Shown: piece after piece, positions 1 to 20,497 of the stretch
Layout of the letters: each line of letters starts with the position of its first letter
Numbering within the stretch: position 1 is the first letter of the stretch
NCBI GenBank assembly: GCA_039621445.1
Contig: CP154954.1
Location: 47,843,847-47,907,846, forward strand
Direction of reading: 5' to 3'
Source: Euglena gracilis
Lineage: Eukaryota
DNA length: 64,000 bases
Translations under genes and position numbers: made by a program
The notes under the pieces: generated by a model
What the model saw: the letters and a program-made list of their open reading frames with translations, nothing else
Told to the model about the DNA's origin: nothing
Databases searched by the model: none

Positions 1-559
1 CCCGTGGGGCAGGGGGGGGGAATATGCAACAGCGCACCTCAAAACATGCAATGCAGAAAAAAGCGAAACAAAAAAGAAAAAATGCAAGTTGCATGAAAAA
101 AAATCCTTCAGGAGCTCCGGGGCTGCACACCTATCTGCTGGAGAGGAATTAAAAAAAATGTCACCTGCCCCAAAGCGCAAACACAAAACACAAAAAGAAT
201 GTGGTGCAAACTTGCAAAGTGACATGGTTGGTTTTTTCTAGTTGTGAAATTGTTGAAATTTGACGTACAGATACCCGAAAAAAACGGGAAACACAAAATG
301 TGGAAAAAATGAAAATATTCGACTTTTCAGAAAAATTCTCATGCAAAAAATGCAAACATATGCTAAAAAATGCAATTTTCAAGATTTTGGATTGTATAAA
401 AAAATGAAAATTATGAAACTTGCATATATCTCCTGCGTGGGGTCCAACCCCCAGGTCGCCGGAACGGTGGTCCCCTGTGGTGAAATCCCGTTTCCTACTT
501 CTTTAATTCTCAGGTCAAAAATTCGGCACCCTTGAGACAATTGCCGACAAATTGCCAAT

Positions 560-872
560 GGGTTCGGGAGCACCCGTGGGGCATCAGTGGCAGCCTGGGG
601 AGGGGGCACACCCAAGGCCTGCGCGGACCGCTGCAGAGTGTCGAGGTCCCGGCAGAACAGCGCCAGCGTCTGCAATGTGGACGTCTGCCCGCCATTGAAA
701 GGAGAGTCGGACCGTATCGGACTGCAGAGGGAAATGGCGATCGTTGGTGAACACTTCTTGAACGTTCTTGAGGACATGTATGTGTACATGTCCACCGCAA
801 ATGAATGGAGACATGTACACCCACATACACAACACACACACACACACACAGACGCGCGCACACTGCCACACA

Positions 873-959
<87 letters not shown>

Positions 960-3700
960 ACACACACACACACGCGCGCGCGCGCACACACACACACAGA
1001 CGACAGACAAATGTGGGTGGGATGGGTGCACGTGCATGACTGACATTGGGTTCATGTCAGACATACACTTAATGTGTTCACAAAGACTTGGTGGACACAA
1101 ATTGTATTTGGAGAACCAAAATGAATACAACAAAACTCTTGTGAACACATGGGAACACACAAAAAAGTTCGTTGAACACAAAAAAATTGATAACATGTAA
1201 AGTGAATAGATTAGATTGCCGCAATGGGTTCTACTCCCCGTGCCGTCTGGTGGTTTTTTTTAAGTCTGGGGCGGGCTAACCAGGCCCCCCCCCACCCCTC
1301 CCCAGGGGAGGGGGATCGAGGAACCAAACTTGAAGAAAAAAAACTTGGTGCCATCCGGGGCGGGAGAAAAGGAAGAAATCGGATCTGCGGAGAGTTAAAA
1401 AAATGTTCATTTGCTTTGACTCAGTAAAATAATTTTTTTATGGTGAACGCATGATACACAGAAAAATTTGGGTGAACACACTAACTGAATGTCTGGTTCA
1501 TGTGTGACGTGCAAAATCAACTGCACATACCTGTTGATGTGGAATTCAGTTTTTCCGGGAGAAGGTAGGAAGGCAGACCTAAAATCCAGGCTGCCCGGGA
1601 TCGCTTCGCTTCGGACGCTGCCCTTCGCCAGGCTGGACTCCGACTTCTGGAGTTCCATCACGGCGTGGGAGTACATTCGGGACAAGGCGGGAGGCTCGCA
1701 GGGAGGGCGGCCTGCCTGGGAGCTGCCCATTTGGTGTCCCTGTGGCCGGGAGGCCCACCTGAACAGAGTGCACCTTGCCGAAAAGCAACCCGGAACGTTT
1801 GTGGCACTTGCTGTGCTTCTGAATTGAAAGAGGGATGATCCACACACCGAGCCACAACAACCCCCACCCAACAAAAACCACCCACCCGCCCACACACCCA
1901 CTCACCCACACCCACACCCACACCCATTCACCCACACCCACACTCGCAACCCGGCCAGCCTAGCAGCTCCAGCCGGGAGGACTGGTTGAGCTGCTCTTTT
2001 TAATGGACATGGTTTGTTCGCAAAGCGGCTTTGAAATGAATGAAACGATTGTTGAAACGCTGCCACTCTCCCACCCCAAGGCAACGTCCCGAGGGCACGG
2101 GGGTGCGGACCGCCCCCGGCAACGGTGACGGACCCCCGGCGGCGGCGGGTGCTGCCGCCGTCCGACGCCCGGCGGGGGACGGAGTCCGTCTCCGACCTGC
2201 AGATCGGTGGGGGACGCATGGGAGAGGAAATGGGTGACACCAATGAAGGCATGGCAGCCACCTTGGGTGGGGGGCTGACCTGATCCCTGTTCGCCTATCA
2301 AGCACGTTAGGCTGGGGCAATGCACAATTTCGTATTGATGATCGTGATCATGATACATTGGTTGCAGGTGTATTCATGATGCTTTCATTTGCACAAAATC
2401 CATCTGTCTCAACAAAGAACTGGTTTAGGGTTTGTTCAGGTTTCTTTGTGTCCTCCATAACCATACTCCTCCACCCCAAATATAACCAACCAGTTGCTGA
2501 TACTTGGGTTTCCGAAAATGGGCCCCAGGGCACTCCTTTATAACATCCAGTCACGGGTTGCTTATATTTGGGGTTGCTTACAGAGGGGGCTTGCTTCTAT
2601 TTTGAGGGAGCTTGCCTCTGTATCTTCCATAAGCGTCGATTTCACAAAGATTAGAAAAAAAACATTGGTGGGATTGAAAATGGAGGTGCCAGAGGGTGAG
2701 AGAAAACTTCATTTTCATAAAGCAAACATGCTAACCAACGTCGAAGCCCACCCCAAAAACCGTGAGAATTCTGGACACCAGAGGATAGACGCTGTTCGAA
2801 TATTCTGATTACCACAACACTAAGAGGGTGGCCTTTCCAGGTGGTTTTGGGATGCCTTATTTTGCTGTCATAGTGCGGGAAGCGTGAGCGCATGCCCCCA
2901 AATTGTGCACCTCGGCCACGATGGACCACACGCACGGCCGGCGCGACCGGGGGACGGGGGCCATCGCACCGGAGGTCCAGAGGGCGGTCCCATGGCGGGG
3001 TCACGCTGGCGTGGTCACTCAGCGCCTGCTGCCACGTCATGCGGGCCCGGGTCAGCCCCGCGCCCAGGGAGGTTCTCAAGGACCCCCGCGGGGGGTGGGT
3101 GGGGGGTCCAGCCGGCTGGGAAGAAGGTGCTGGTTGAACCCCCCCCAGGGGTAGACGTCCAGGGAGGTGGTTTGAACCCGGATGGACCCGACTGGGACCC
3201 AACAACAGGCAAACCAGCCCAATTCCAGCCGGGATGCATTTTCTCAGCTAGATTTTTGAGGTGGAAACCCCCAAAAAAGTACCAAAAAATGGTCGGTTTG
3301 GGCTATTTTTGACCACCTTCTTTTTTCAACATTTTCGGCACTTTGTGCCGAAATTCTTTTTCGGTCCAGCCCGGCTTAAACGGACTGCGAAAACTTTATA
3401 ACCCCTCGACCCTCAGGGGGGGGGACAGCCCAGCTGGGAGGTGCTGGCTTGCCGGCTCACCCTCCCCCCCCCCGGAGGTGGGATGGGGTCCGGCTTAAGA
3501 ATTCCCTGCCCGCGACGCCGCCCGGCGGGGTGAGCGACAGCGGGTGGACCACGTTGCCCTCCCCGGGGCGCCGCGGACGGCGGCCCACCGGGGGGCCGTC
3601 CGGGGGCCCTGCGCCGCCGCCGTCCATCGGGGTGGGAGGGCCCGTGGGGAAGAAGACGGGGCGGCCTGGGAGTGTGGGGGTGAGGGGGGGCGGTTGGGAA
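560..3700 (-). CDS. Multi-exon hypothetical protein (partial; probably continues off the left edge and upstream)
   Basis: GC-rich coding-like blocks: ~3512-3690 (GEGNVVHPLSLTPPGGVA), ~2960-3059 (GLTRARMTWQQALSDHASVTPPWDRPLDLR), ~2090-2260, ~1585-1715 (SRMYSHAVMELQKSESSLAKGSVRSEA), ~590-755 (TIAISLCSPIRSDSPFNGGQTSTLQTLALFCRDLDTLQRSAQALG). Only the 3512/3059 join was checked in frame. No family recognised. Confidence 0.45.
3065..3508. mobile_element. hAT-like MITE (family C) forming a predicted nonconventional intron (3060-3511)
   Basis: Termini CAGGGAGGTTCTCAAG / CTTAAGAATTCCCTG. Flanks CCCGCGCC (3057-3064) and CCCGCGAC (3509-3516), a 7/8 TSD. Internal TTTTTCGGTCCAGCCCGGCTT is shared with copies at ~37484-37916 and ~47342-47583. 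Confidence 0.8.
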
Positions 3701-4269
3701 CAGGACGCTGAGGGCAGCAGAGAAAACTTGAGGCGATGGGTGCTTTGGGGCAATGGGAGTCGTGAACCGGCGGGGAGCTGTTTCGCGACGCCGGGGGACG
3801 TGACACCGCGAGGGGGAAATGGGAAATGAGGCATCGCACACGGCTGGGCTGAAAACTTTTCACAGACGCCCTATAATACCTCCCCGTTTTTGTGCTACAG
3901 TGTGAAACTCCGACTTCGAAGAATCTTAAAGAATTCAATGCCCAAGCTTCACTGGGAGGAATGCACCCAAGAGCACTCCATTCTCCGCATGTTCAATCAG
4001 TGTGCACCCATCGAATGACCCAACCGTTGCGAAACAAAAACCAGCGGAGACGACGAGAGGAACGGGCACCCGGTCCAGGTCCTGTCTGTGAAGAGGTCAG
4101 TCGGTGGGATAGCCGTTTGCCTGAATGAGCATTCTTCAGGGGACGAGAGCGAAGGAAGCGCTTGCAAGGCATCCCAGGGTCAATTTCTGGCAGGTGATTG
4201 CCAGCAGAATGTGCAGGGAGGCCCACTACAGCAGCAGAATACCACACCCATCAACCAGAACACAACGGG

Positions 4270-4314
4270 CACACACACACACAACACACAACACACACAC
4301 ACACACACACAACA

Positions 4315-4395
<81 letters not shown>

Positions 4396-5476
4396 ACACA
4401 CACAACACACACACAAAGCACACAATACACACACACAACACCACACACACAACACAACGCACAAACCCACACACACACGCAAACACACACAACACACACA
4501 CACAACACACAACACCAACACCAACACACCCACACAAAACACACAACACACACACACACACACAACACACACAAAAACACACAACACACACAACACACAC
4601 AACACACACAGAAACAAACCCACAACACCAAAACACACAACACACCCCACACCAAACAAACACACACACACACACACACACCACAAACACAAAAACACAC
4701 AAACACACACACACACAACACGCACAAACACAACACACAACCACAACACCCCAAACCACACCAAAAACAAACACACACAACCCAAACACACAAAAACAAA
4801 AAACACACACACCAAACACAACAACCACACACACACAACACACACACAAAAACACACCACAACACAACACACACAAACACACCCAAACACACACACACAC
4901 ACAACACACACACACACAACACAAACACAACACACACACACACAAACACAACCCCCACAACACACAACACACGCAACACACAGAAACACAACACACACAC
5001 ACACACACACAAAGAGAAAGAGAGAGAGAAAACACAAAACACAACACACACACACAACACAACACACACACACACAAAACACACAAAACACAAAACACAA
5101 CACACACCACACACACACACACAACACACAACACACAAGACACATACAAAACAACACACAACACACACACACAACACACACAAGACACAACACACACACA
5201 CACAACACACAACACACACACACACACACAACACACATACACACACAACACACACACAACACACAGCACACACATCACACACACACACAAAACACACCAC
5301 GCACACACACACACACACACACAACACACACACACACATACAACACATACACACACACGACACACAACACACACACACACACACACACACAACACACACA
5401 ACACACACACACACACAGAGAGAAACACACGCACACACAACACACACACATACACACACAACATACACACACACAG

Positions 5477-5515
<39 letters not shown>

Positions 5516-5560
5516 ACACACACATGCAACACACACACACACACATACAACACAGAGAAA
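4270..5560. repeat. Long degenerate (CA)n / C+A-only low-complexity tract
   Basis: About 1.3 kb of almost only C and A, with irregular interruptions. Confidence 0.95.
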
Positions 5561-6995
5561 CCCACCCACGCCCTTCCACTCACCAACCACCAATCCACCG
5601 ACCACCACGTACGCACCCGTTCACACGCACACACCCTGAGAGACATGTGTGGACTGTAAGTATTGCAGAAAGGGAAAAAAGGTTGCGAATGCGCATCAGA
5701 ATTGTTCCAATGCTGCCAAAAGATGATCCAGTGGCATTCTGAGAGCAATAATATGTGTTATGACGACCGACTTGCAGTGCACCTGCAGAACGAAATGGTC
5801 CTTGGGAAATTAAAAAAAAAATGGAAATGCGCCGTGTCCTGGCCGTCCTTGCAGACCTTGCTACAACTTAATAAAAACTGATGGAACATTTGTAAAAACA
5901 AATTGTAAAAAAAGGAAAAAAAGAGTGCTTGCACTGTTTTAAGATGACGAGAGCCCATTATGCCCACACCGCACACCAATAGACCCCAAAAAAGTTTGTA
6001 CTAAAAACCAAAACACAAAATGGAGGAAAACAAATTTGCTGTGGCACACAGAGGTTGAAAAACCAACCCAAAAGCCAAAAAATGTTCCCCATTTGGTCTG
6101 TTGCAATTGGATGACAATATTGGTTCACATGCTTAAAAATCACAGTCAAAGGAAAACTCAGAACCAGAGCCCCCCTCCAAACATGATCACCTATGGGTGA
6201 AAGACCCCAAAATGAAAACGAGCCTTGTTTGACCAACCTTCGATATTTGGCTGATACTTTGGAGCCACCCTCCCCTCCTTCCAGAGTGATATTGTCCGCC
6301 TGGGAGGGGGGGTATTGGTCGGGTGGCAGTTCCCCGCTTTTGCCATTTCTCTCCCGCCGCCCCGAAAAATGCCCTAAGTTCGGCAAAATCCATCAAACTG
6401 GGGCTTTACGGCTTTGAACTAAACGGGTTAGGGTGAGGATTGGCTCACCAAAACTTGGCCAAATTTAGGTGAAAAGCGAGCCCAAATCAGCAGCCAAATT
6501 AGGCTTCACTCCGATGCATTCCGATAAACTTCTGGAAATACGACATAACTAATACAACATTTTTTTTATAGTTCTTGTAGGTGTCAGAAAACAAATAATT
6601 TTCCATCCGTTCCTTTGCACAAAATGGAATAAATACATATGTTTTTAGATTCAAATCTCAAAAACCAAAAATTTCAAAAGACTTCATTATTACCTGAATT
6701 TTATAAAAATTTCAGGGGGATTTCCCGTCGTCTCGAGCCCTTCGAGCCGTCAGAGAAAAGTCTTGACTTATTTTGGGGTCTTATTTCTGTTCATTTGTTT
6801 GGTCAGCCAGGGGGCTTTTAATCTTATAATTAAACTGTCGGAACAACATCCCCATGGGGCCATTATCCAGGGGGAGGGTTAGCTAGTGCCTTTGGTTTAC
6901 GGCAGATCATGCTTCAAAGAAAAAGACAAATGCCAGGCAGCAGTTACGCCAGAAAGCAAAGCTGTGATCATCAGAAGGCGTACCCCACAGGGGCC

Positions 6996-7838
6996 TCACT
7001 GATTGGCCACGTGGGTGAAAATCCATTCGTCCAACTCCGTGCGGATGGCCTCGTTCATGTTCTGGAGAGCAACCCAGCAGGGGGCAAGGGAGCTGAATTG
7101 ATTCTGATGAGTCAGCAAAGCAAACTACCGAAAAGACCAAAAGGCCCCAAGCACCAACTGGTTGCATTCACCCCAAATGCTGAATGCCAGCGGAGGTTCA
7201 TAGATCAGGGAACCAGTAAAAAAAACACGCTGGTCCCCGGCACAGGTGGAACAGGTCTCGGATAAATGTCGCCACATAGCCCGTCATTGTGAATGCCTTA
7301 CAAGCGAACGGAACGGAACCTATATTCAGGAACCAGCTGGATATCAACGCGGGGTGAGAGGAGGCTGCCTCCCGCGGGGACGGCAGCGCGGCCCAAACAA
7401 CAGCGACCCGGCGGGCAGGCCCGGCACACCCCGGCCTTGTCGCAGATCTCCTTCGCGGTGAACGAGATGTCCACCTCGTTGATGGACAGCTCCACCTTGC
7501 CCTGCAGGGCCTTGTCCTTCTTCCGGTCGATGCACGCGCCGGTGTCTTGCAGCATTTGGAGCAGCCCTGGTCGGGGGGGGATCTGGTGGTGTCGTGGGCA
7601 GGGGGGGGGAGTGTGGGAAGCAGGGGGCACCTAACGGGTGCCCTGTGGGGAGGTTGGGACACCCCACATGGGTTTCCTTTTCTCTCCAACTTTGGAACCG
7701 CAGAAGAATAAGAGAGTGATGCTTTGACCTCTCCATACACATTTGGTTTTATCCATCTTTACACGCAGCTGCAAACCACAACACTACTCACATCCATGCA
7801 TGCGCAAACACAGGCACATGCACGCACCTAGACCCTGG

Positions 7839-7921
<83 letters not shown>

Positions 7922-8234
7922 CGTGCATGAATTTGTGCCTATATGTGCATCCATCCATCCATATTTGCGAACACCGAATGAAAAGCTTCAACCAATTCCT
8001 TTCAACTTTTCAGATTCCCTTTGAACGGAGAAATGGGAATAATTCAAATTGGGAAAGAAATGGGATAATTCAAATTGCAACAATTGTCGGAAAAAAATGC
8101 AATACAAACTGTTATGCAGTGACAAGTCAGGAAACCTTGAATACCACACCGGAACGAATCAGGATGTCGTCCGTCTCCTCAAATGGCGGGCAAATAGTGA
8201 TGGTGATTGTCTTCGGCATTGGGGGAAGAGAAAC
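6996..8234 (-). CDS. Hypothetical protein, last three exons (5' exon(s) probably in 8600-9600, unresolved)
   Basis: Exons 8234-8150, 7566-7430 and 7061-6996 join in frame through GT-AG introns: VSLPPMPKTITITICPPFEETDDILIRSGLLQMLQDTGACIDRKKDKALQGKVELSINEVDISFTAKEICDKAGNMNEAIRTELDEWIFTHVANQ*. Confidence 0.65.
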
Positions 8235-8707
8235 CTGTAGGGGCACCCAACAACTCCGCGTGGAGGCGGGAAGGGGGTCCAGGGGACACACTCTTCTAGG
8301 TCAATTTGGGTCGATTTCGCAGTAAAAATAGAGGTCCTGAGTGGGCACCACCCATTTGGGGGTAACCCCCCCCAAAATATAACCCCCCCCCGGCTTTGTA
8401 TTTGGGGGGTTTATAATTGGGGGGGGGGAAATCAAACTTTTTTGGGGGGGCCTCTTGAAGGCCTTCAGCAGCCTTCAATTGTGGCCAAATACCAACTTTA
8501 TGCCAAAATTTTGTTGAGCACCGTCTATTATTTTGCAGAAATGTGCAACTGTCATCCAGAATGCATCTCTACTAAAAAAATGTGTACCCACCCAAAATTT
8601 TTCTACTTTTCCCTGAATGACACCGGCGTCGGCTCCACCTCAGGCTTGATATTTGGGGGGGGGCAGTCTATTTTGGGAGTTTATCAACTCGGCCTCACAC
8701 CCCCAAC

Positions 8708-8977
8708 CAGGGGTTTTTTAAAGACGGGGGGGGGGATCCCCCCCACCCACCCACCCCCTGGGGGGGGGGCCCCGGGGGGGGGGGGTCCCGGGGGACCCAC
8801 AAAAAAAATGGCCAAAAATCGCGAAAAGTGCTAAAAATAGCATTTTTCGGCGCCTGCGGCGCCGAAAAATATATCCCACCCCCCCTCTGGGGGGACCCCC
8901 CCCCCCCCCCGGGCCTCGGCCCCCCCCCCCTACCCCCCCCCTCCCCCCTCCGGGGTCCACGACTAAAAAAACCCCTG
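8708..8977. mobile_element. hAT-like MITE (family A)
   Basis: Termini CAGGGGTTTTT.. / ..AAAAAACCCCTG. Interior near-identical to 51309-51611 (AAAAATCGCGAAAAGTGCTAAAAATAG...CGGCGCCTGCGGCGCCG). Flanked by C-run+AAC on both sides. Confidence 0.8.
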
Positions 8978-9985
8978 CCCCCCAACCCCAACCCCAAATA
9001 GAAAAACCTTCCCCCTCCGGGAGTCCCTCATTGTGCACTCTGGGAGTTGATCACCAGGTCCGTTTTTGTTTCTACTCTCATCCGTGCATCAGGTTTGTCG
9101 AAACCAAAACTTCAGAAAATTTACCAAAATGTGTCGTCTGATAGGGCGGCGAGTGGTCAAAGAAAAGGGAGGGGTGGATGTGATGCTGAGAAGAAGGCGG
9201 CCAACGGTGTTTCATTTTCAACGTCGGCAAAAAATAATATTCACTAAAAAAATTTGGGTCACAGCAAAAGAGGGGCCTGCCTTTCAGCAGAACGGCAATT
9301 ACGTCTGCAGTGCTGCTGCTCTGCCTCCCGTCTCGATTCAAGCCACACGTGTCGACGCCATTTTCCTGCTGGCAAAGCAGTGCACACGAAGGTGCCATCG
9401 GGGGACAGAACAACCAGCCGGCCAGTGAGAGCGTTGCAGGGCCCCTGGTCCCTGCCAGGCTAGGTCAGCGCTGGGGGCGGCGCGGCGGGCGGACGAGGGC
9501 TGTGCTGGGAAGGGGCGGTGGGGAGAGGCCGGCCAGCCGGCCCGGGTTCGAGATCGGTGCGATCCAGCGGAAGTGGCTGCGCTGTCCTTTCCAGCCAGTT
9601 TTTTCAAATTGACCCCCCGGGGTAGGTGCAGTGAAATACCGAATAGCAGTTTGGGGCAAAAACCAGTCAATCACCCCCTAACCCCCCGGGGGGGGGTGTC
9701 GGCCAGTGACTACATTACCACCAGCCCCCCCCCCAACGCCCTCCCAAACGCGGGGGAAGGGTTATGTGAGAGGTGGGGTTATGTGGATGTCGTTGCATAC
9801 AGGTGGTGAATGAGCAAAGGATGCGACACGTCACACCCATGGGAATGAACATCACAATCCTCTCTCATGCATATAATGCAAGCCACGGAGACTAACTTAC
9901 ATTGGAACCCGTTTGGCACAATGGGTTTTTTATTTTTGCGCAGTAGGCCAGTTGTGCAGGTGGAGTGGACAGCGGCTGATACACC

Positions 9986-10236
9986 TCAATAGCCTTTCCC
10001 GCGGCCACCGAAACCTTTCCCCTTGCCCTTCCCCTTGCCCTTGCCGTCGCCCTTCCCTTTCCCCTTGCCCTTGCCCTTGCCCTTGCCCTTCCCCTTGCCG
10101 CCGCCCTTGCCGGACTGCTGGTTCGTGAAGCGCCACATCGGCAGCAGCTTCTCGGAAGAGATGTGGATGGGGTCGCCCGCCTTGTACGACGCGGCGTGCA
10201 CCCCGGCCTCCGTCTTCACCGTGAACATCTGTGCAG

Positions 10237-10297
<61 letters not shown>

Positions 10298-10510
10298 CGT
10301 GCGCGCGCGTGTGTGTGTGTGTGTGTGTGTGCGTGTGTGTGTGTGCACGCGCATGTACATGTGCTGGTTGTGTGGGTGGTTGTATATGTGGAATTCGGGC
10401 ACGTCACTCATTGGAGACCTGTACTGCAACAGCACGGCACGGCCAATCCACTTTATCAGACCAAAAATGCAGCACTGCCACTGCCAGGTCACTGTCATGC
10501 TTGTGCTTAC

Positions 10511-10550
<40 letters not shown>

Positions 10551-10908
10551 ATAGGGTGCCTGCCCCTAGCAGGCACCCCCCCCCCCGGGGGGGGTAGGGG
10601 TCTGGGCCGGACCCAGAAAATTTTCATTGAAAATGGCCGTTTCCGGGCCCCCGGCGCCTTCGGCGCCGGGGTCGCCAGGGGGGTGCCTGCTAGGGGCAGG
10701 CACCCCCCAAAACCCTACCCCCCTCCGGGGGGGGGGTCGGATCAGGTGCTTTGGGGTGCCTGCCCCTAGCACCCCCCCCCCCCGTGGGGTAGGCACCCGA
10801 CTAAGCACAAGCCTGGTCACTGTGCTGCATTGCATGCGCGCACGGAAATGCACTGCCATTGCACTGCACTGCATTTTGTTGTGCCATGCTGCGCCTGTGA
10901 ATGTGTTT

Positions 10909-10961
<53 letters not shown>

Positions 10962-11038
10962 GTATATGTGCGTGTTTGTGTGTGTGCTTGTGTTCGTGCA
11001 TTTGTTCGTGCGTGCGTGCGTGCAATGTGTGTGTGTGT

Positions 11039-11117
<79 letters not shown>

Positions 11118-11929
11118 TGTGTGTGTGTGCATGCGTGCGAGCGTATGCGCGCATGTGTGTGGGGGTGTGTTGATACAGATGACCATCGCTAGAAAGCTGA
11201 ACAATGTGAACTGGTGGGGGAAACCAATTTTAATATGCTTGAATCAGGAAAAGATCAGAATCCTTCGAATGAACAAAAGGGCATTTGTAGGGGCAACCCT
11301 GACACTGCGCTCATGCTCCTGTACACACCGGGGTGTTGACCCGACCAAATACATCGTCCACCTTGCCAATCTTCACCTTCTCCGGCGTCCAAATACCAGC
11401 GTTAAAATGGGGCACCATCATGGGCGTCATCGTCACCTTGCACACCATCATGTCCTCGCATACATGCACAAACTCTCCGATGGCTGTGATATGGATGAAA
11501 ACAACGATGCCCCAACAGGTTGCAGGGGTGAGATCACACATTGAACACACATTTAAACACCTCCGACCTACTCTCCACCAGCAAGTGGTGCGTGTATGAG
11601 TGAGTGTGAATATGTGTGTGTGTGTGGGTGGGTGGGTGGGTGGGTGGGTGGGTGTGTGGGGGGGGGTGTCAACAGCAACATTTTGCACATCACACGTCAC
11701 ACACATACGCAAAAACACCAAGAGTAAAGCACATCCACGCTATTCGCTGCATCCACGTTCATTCTCTCACGCACTACGCACGCCGCCAGGCCGGAGGCAT
11801 ACTCTTCAGCTCCTCTGGTGGGTCCTCCTGGTAGCCTCCGCCGCCCTTGCCCTTCCCACCCTTCCCCTTGCCCCCTCCCTTCCCCTTGCCGCCGCCCTTC
11901 CCCTTTCCGTCAAAGCTGGGCCGGCCCAT
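9986..11929 (-). CDS. GAR1: H/ACA snoRNP protein Gar1, 174 aa, 3 exons, with Gly-Lys-rich tails
   Basis: Exons 11929-11803, 11483-11329 and 10228-9986; both introns GT-AG and in frame. Core [22 protein letters not shown]...[63 protein letters not shown] matches the Gar1/Naf1 domain pattern. Confidence 0.93.
10552..10800. mobile_element. Dispersed repeat/MITE (family D) in GAR1 intron 2; related copies at ~24245-24498 and ~41666-41880
   Basis: Repeated GTGCCTGCCC..GCAGGCAC palindromic units, GGGGGTCGGAT motifs and a central CCCCGGCGCCTTCGGCGCCGGGG hairpin are shared by the three loci. Confidence 0.65.
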
Positions 11930-13015
11930 GTTGTGTGGTGTACAGCGCCCTGCGAGGAAATGGGCGGGCGAGGGAGGGGGTGAGAGAGAGGGGGCGTGGG
12001 AGTGTTCCGGTTCCCTTGGCCGAGGCAGGTCCCGAACGCCTCAAGGGAAAACACCCCCCCCAGTGTGTCTCAGTGAGGACCGGGAACAAAAGGCCAGAGG
12101 GCCACTTCATTGGGTTATCGGTTTCTGGCTTTCTTTGTGGAGCTCAGGCGCGTTGCCCCACGCCACCGAGGTTGATTGAGGATGAATGTCCATTGAGCAT
12201 TTTAAACTTTCCAGGTTCGGACCACACCCCTCTTTGGTTGTGGATGTCTGGTCCAACTTGAGGTGCCTGGGGAGGCACTCCAGGCTCCCAGTTTCGACCC
12301 CCCCCCCCAAGGGGCGCACATGGCCAAAATAGTCGGACCCCCCTTGGTCTGAAGGGGGGAGGGGCTGACCCCCCCCTCCCTCACCCTCCGGCAAGACCAA
12401 CGCTCACTTAATACCTGGCCCTCCCAGGTCTGGGGGATTGTACCCTCTGATCGAGCATTTCACTGTGTCTTCTTGGTTGAACCTCCAGACCTCCCGATTA
12501 ATAATGATGAGGGCAGAGGTGGGAGGCCCCAATGGACAGCTCAGTGACTCCGAGACAGCGATGGTTTCTTACAAGCAAGTCCAGGTCAGAGGGAAAAGCA
12601 TGTCCAACACACAGTCATCCGGAAAGAATGCCTTTTTTCATGTATGTCTTTCAATTTGAAGCTTGAAAACAACGCTCCCAGGTTTTTTTCCCAACCTTGA
12701 AATGAAAGCGAAACAGAGCACGTGGCACAGCCTTGTCCATCTGGAAACTGCAGAAAGTGGCGGATGCGTCGACGGCGAGCCAGGACCAATGTCAAGCCCT
12801 TCAAACCGCACGGCACCCCGTCGGCGCAAGACAAAACCCCTCGCCCATTCTCTGCGACGGGCGGCGGAGGATCTTCGGCGCCGTTGGGCTGTCCCTCGTC
12901 GGCTGCGTGCGGCCAGCGTCGGGACGTGGGTCCCCCCCCCCTTTGTCCGGCTGCCCGGCGCGGTTTGCAGCGGTGGCAACGGACTCACCGGACACCATGC
13001 GGGTCAGACTGCGGG

Positions 13016-20497
<7,482 letters not shown>

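Noticed and set aside
590-755. TLQTLALFCRDLDTL resembling an amidase-signature segment
   Set aside because: No GGSS(S/G)GS or GxDTGGS motif in neighbouring exons; too short to call.
4088-5748. Long His/Thr-rich and Cys/Val-rich ORFs of 360-520 aa in all six frames
   Set aside because: They are translations of a C/A-only tract that cannot contain stops. The irregularity may be noisy consensus over a (CA)n microsatellite. The same applies to the HTHT/CVCV/MYVC ORFs elsewhere.
7430-7480. KEICDKAGVC resembling a saposin C-terminus
   Set aside because: The final VC falls in the intron (GGG|GTGTGC) and the other saposin cysteines are absent.
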